Origin: Basidiobolus meristosporus CBS 931.73
Lineage: Eukaryota > Fungi > Basidiobolomycota
Length of the DNA: 64,000 bases
Direction: 5' to 3'
NCBI GenBank assembly: GCA_002104905.1
Contig: MCFE01000004.1
Location: forward strand, 216,067-280,066
The translations under genes were made by a program, and so were the position numbers. Within the stretch, counting starts at the first letter, position 1. The number at the start of each line of letters is the position of its first letter. The notes under the pieces were generated by a model that saw only the letters and a program-made list of their open reading frames with translations, searched no databases and was not told the origin of the DNA. Of the stretch, positions 61,647-64,000 are shown piece by piece.

Positions 61647-63647
61647 GGTTAGGGGGGGGGGAGACAGTCACCAACAGGTGAAATCTTTATTTCAGTTGAA
61701 ACAAAGAAGCCAGCGCTACTGTTGTAGCTTTGATACAAGAGTGTGTAGCTGAGGGGAATTTGCAGGTAAGTTAATAAGAAGTGATGATAGTTCTTCAGTG
61801 CTCAAGACACTGTTGAGTGGGAAGGGGGGTAGCAAGAGAGGTAAGAATGACTTGTGAACAACATTAATGAGGGGAATGTGATAAGGATTGATATTCATCA
61901 TAAAGGGAGTGTGCTGCTGCAGATATTGCTGCCAAAGGTCTGTCAAGTACTTCAGGTAGGCCAGCTTGGGTTTTTCTGACTGCAGAATAAATTCAGCAAA
62001 CTTCTTGACTTCAGGATCTCCAAGTATAGTTCTCCAGCAGGAGCCAGGTGTTGTGTGGTGTGTTCTCTTCCAGGCCTTAATCAGTGGGTTGTTGCAGTTG
62101 TGAAGTCTGAGGTATAATCTGGTTCTAAGGTAGAGAAGTCTGATCTTATAGGGCATAAACCCAAAAGCACCAAGAATAGCATGTCTGTAGGGGCATTCAG
62201 GCAAATGAGGCACCAAGGAGGTAATGCATCGTACTGCAAACTTGTCAAGCTTAGTGCAGTCTCTAGAAGTAAGAGAGAGAAGTGGTAAGCCAAATTCCAG
62301 GACAGGGAAGACAAACTGCTTGAGTAGAAGGAGGCAGCTGGGAGCTGAAGTTGTAGGAGGAGTAACAGCCAGTAGCTTGTGGAGTGCCTGTCTTGCCAGG
62401 ATAATTCTCTTCTTCAGGTGTGCTCCAGAGTCTAGTCCAGTAGGAAGGAAAGGAAAGCCAAGATATGTAGCAGAAACCTGAGCAGGTAGAGTGGAGTTCT
62501 CCAAGTTGATGGGAGAGCCCAAAGGTACTGTCTTTGCAATAGAAAGCTGGAGATTATTCTTCTGCAGATACTGGTGGATGGTCTGGGAGTCTTGTTGCAC
62601 ATTGGAGGAGGATATTCTGATGTCATCAGCAAAGAGAGTAACCAGGCAGTCAGCTGAGAGTCTTGGGAAATCATTCAGGAAGATGGCAAACAGTATAGGA
62701 CCAAGCACAGAGCCTTGAACCACTCCATTAGGAACTGAGAACACAGCTGATTGTTCACTTGGGTGCAGAATTCTTGCTTGTGGATCCAGAAACAGAGACC
62801 TGACAAGGAGGGTGAGAGAGGTACTGGAGAAGCATTGCAACTTGGACCAAAGCAGATTTCTGTCAACTGAATCAAAGGCCTTAGTAATATCAAACAGAAC
62901 TGAGGGATACTTGCACTGGAGAGAGTGATCTTGGCTAAGTACGACTGCATATTCCAAGGAGAGGCCAGGAACAAAGCCAAACTGTGCAGGATGAAACTTG
63001 AGGGAGTCAGAGTAGAGCTCCTGAGCAAGCAGAAGCTCAAACACCTTTCTGCAGGTGGGCAGCAGAGATATTGGCCTGCAGGAGCTAGGATCCAGGTGCT
63101 TTCCTTTACCCTTGTACAGTGGCAGAACATTTGCAAAGGACCATTCCTCAGGAGTAGAAAGCTGGGCTGAGCATTGCTGAAACAGTGGAAGCAGAAGTGC
63201 AGACATGGCCTTGGTACTAGTCTTCAGAAGCTCATAGGAGATTGTGTCCACACCTGGAGCAGTAGAGTTGGCAAGCCTCTTGAGCACATTATGGATTCTC
63301 CTTTGATCAAGTGCAAGTGGGATGGGCAGAGTCTTGAAGTCAGGATGAAAGCCAGGAGTTGAGTACTGCTTTGTAGAGAAGAAGATGTTAGCCAGCTGTT
63401 CTGTTGAAGGTAACTTCCTGGAAGAGGGCCTCATTGCCCTGTAGAGTCTTGATACTGTTCTTGTTATAGAGTTGGAAGATTGCAGAGGCAAGGAACTCAT
63501 AATATGATCCCAGAGCTGAGTATACAGAGAGTGGTGAATTGTCTTGGAGTGGTGTATTGCTGTCAGGAGAAGTTTCTCTGTTTTTGGGTTAGGGAAACTC
63601 AGGTAGCTTTGTTGCAGGGCTGAAACAATGGATTCCCATTTTCTTGA
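61647..63647 (-). mobile_element. Telomeric LINE-type retroelement family A, outer copy (2001 bp, open RT ORF)
   Basis: Bounded by identical GGTTA(G)10AGACAG junctions; contains the 594-aa RT ORF. Confidence 0.93.
61716..63500 (-). CDS. Non-LTR (LINE-type) reverse transcriptase; no endonuclease domain in the sequence present
   Basis: APGVDTI, RPISLL, QFGF, FDITKAFDSV, GVVQGSVLGPILF, LFADD, YLG; frame stays open upstream of the ATG to the junction at ~63647. Confidence 0.93.
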   Translation of the reverse strand: MSSLPLQSSNSITRTVSRLYRAMRPSSRKLPSTEQLANIFFSTKQYSTPGFHPDFKTLPIPLALDQRRIHNVLKRLANSTAPGVDTISYELLKTSTKAMSALLLPLFQQCSAQLSTPEEWSFANVLPLYKGKGKHLDPSSCRPISLLPTCRKVFELLLAQELYSDSLKFHPAQFGFVPGLSLEYAVVLSQDHSLQCKYPSVLFDITKAFDSVDRNLLWSKLQCFSSTSLTLLVRSLFLDPQARILHPSEQSAVFSVPNGVVQGSVLGPILFAIFLNDFPRLSADCLVTLFADDIRISSSNVQQDSQTIHQYLQKNNLQLSIAKTVPLGSPINLENSTLPAQVSATYLGFPFLPTGLDSGAHLKKRIILARQALHKLLAVTPPTTSAPSCLLLLKQFVFPVLEFGLPLLSLTSRDCTKLDKFAVRCITSLVPHLPECPYRHAILGAFGFMPYKIRLLYLRTRLYLRLHNCNNPLIKAWKRTHHTTPGSCWRTILGDPEVKKFAEFILQSEKPKLAYLKYLTDLWQQYLQQHTPFMMNINPYHIPLINVVHKSFLPLLLPPFPLNSVLSTEELSSLLINLPANSPQLHTLVSKLQQ

Positions 63648-63710
63648 GGTTAGGGGGGGGGGAGACAGTCACCAACAGGTGAAATCTTTATTTCAGTTGA
63701 AACAAAGAAG
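63648..63710 (-). mobile_element. Family A 3' stub (63 bp)
   Basis: Same sequence as 61647-61709, ending AAACAAAGAAG. Confidence 0.9.
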
Positions 63711-63764
63711 GGTTAGGGGGGAGGAAAGTCACCAAGTGGTGAAATCTTTATTTACTTATGACAA
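63711..63764 (-). mobile_element. Family B 3' stub (54 bp), directly capped by the telomere
   Basis: GGTTAGGGGGGAGGAAAGTCACCAAGTGGTGAAATCTTTATTTACTTATGACAA. Confidence 0.9.
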
Positions 63765-64000
63765 GTTAGGGTTAGGGTTAGGGTTAGGGTTAGGGTTAGG
63801 GTTAGGGTTAGGGTTAGGGTTAGGGTTAGGGTTAGGGTTAGGGTTAGGGTTAGGGTTAGGGTTAGGGTTAGGGTTAGGGTTAGGGTTAGGGTTAGGGTTA
63901 GGGTTAGGGTTAGGGTTAGGGTTAGGGTTAGGGTTAGGGTTAGGGTTAGGGTTAGGGTTAGGGTTAGGGTTAGGGTTAGGGTTAGGGTTAGGGTTAGGGT
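63765..64000 (+). repeat. Telomeric (TTAGGG)n array, about 39 units to the end of the window
   Basis: Perfect TTAGGG tandem repeat, G-rich strand running toward the end. Confidence 0.99.

Noticed and set aside
60223-63362. Plus-strand ORFs duplicated in both A copies
   Set aside because: Antisense to the RT; CpG/TpA-poor composition reduces stops; no independent support
61716-63500. Telomerase (TERT) or Penelope-like RT
   Set aside because: Motifs (RPISLL, QFGF, KAFDSV, GVVQGSVLGP, FADD) are LINE-type; no T motif or PLE-type signature seen

Overview
This is the terminal 64 kb of a fungal chromosome arm, probably from an early-diverging lineage (inferred from short GT-AG introns, OGT, a HAUS7-like gene and a myosin-chitin synthase). 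From 1 to about 53 kb it is gene-dense and mostly housekeeping: Ydc2/Cce1, GST, RPL11, HAUS7-like, CAX4, WDR61/SKI8, a divergent beta-tubulin, ClpX, RIB1, PAM18, RLP24, NFS1, RPT5, MRM1, ERV25, RSM10, a KH-like protein, OGT, a Dph6/MJ0570-like ATPase, DUF202, class V chitin synthase, an FBXO31-like F-box and an anillin-like protein. From about 53 kb the DNA is CpG-depleted and holds nested solo LTRs, one intact GT25-like gene and a subtilisin pseudogene. The last ~6 kb (57981-63764) appear to consist almost entirely of head-to-tail, 5'-truncated retroelement pieces from three related families, all with their 3' ends facing the centromere. Each piece begins at a GGTTA(G)n junction and carries a shared AATAAA + hairpin + oligo(C) 3' terminus. 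Two ~2 kb units encode a LINE-type reverse transcriptase with no endonuclease in the sequence present. The array is capped by (TTAGGG)n. The leading hypothesis is a telomere-primed, oligo(C)-tailed LINE system that extends the chromosome end in alternation with telomerase. All calls are by eye; no database searches were run, and intron boundaries are approximate.
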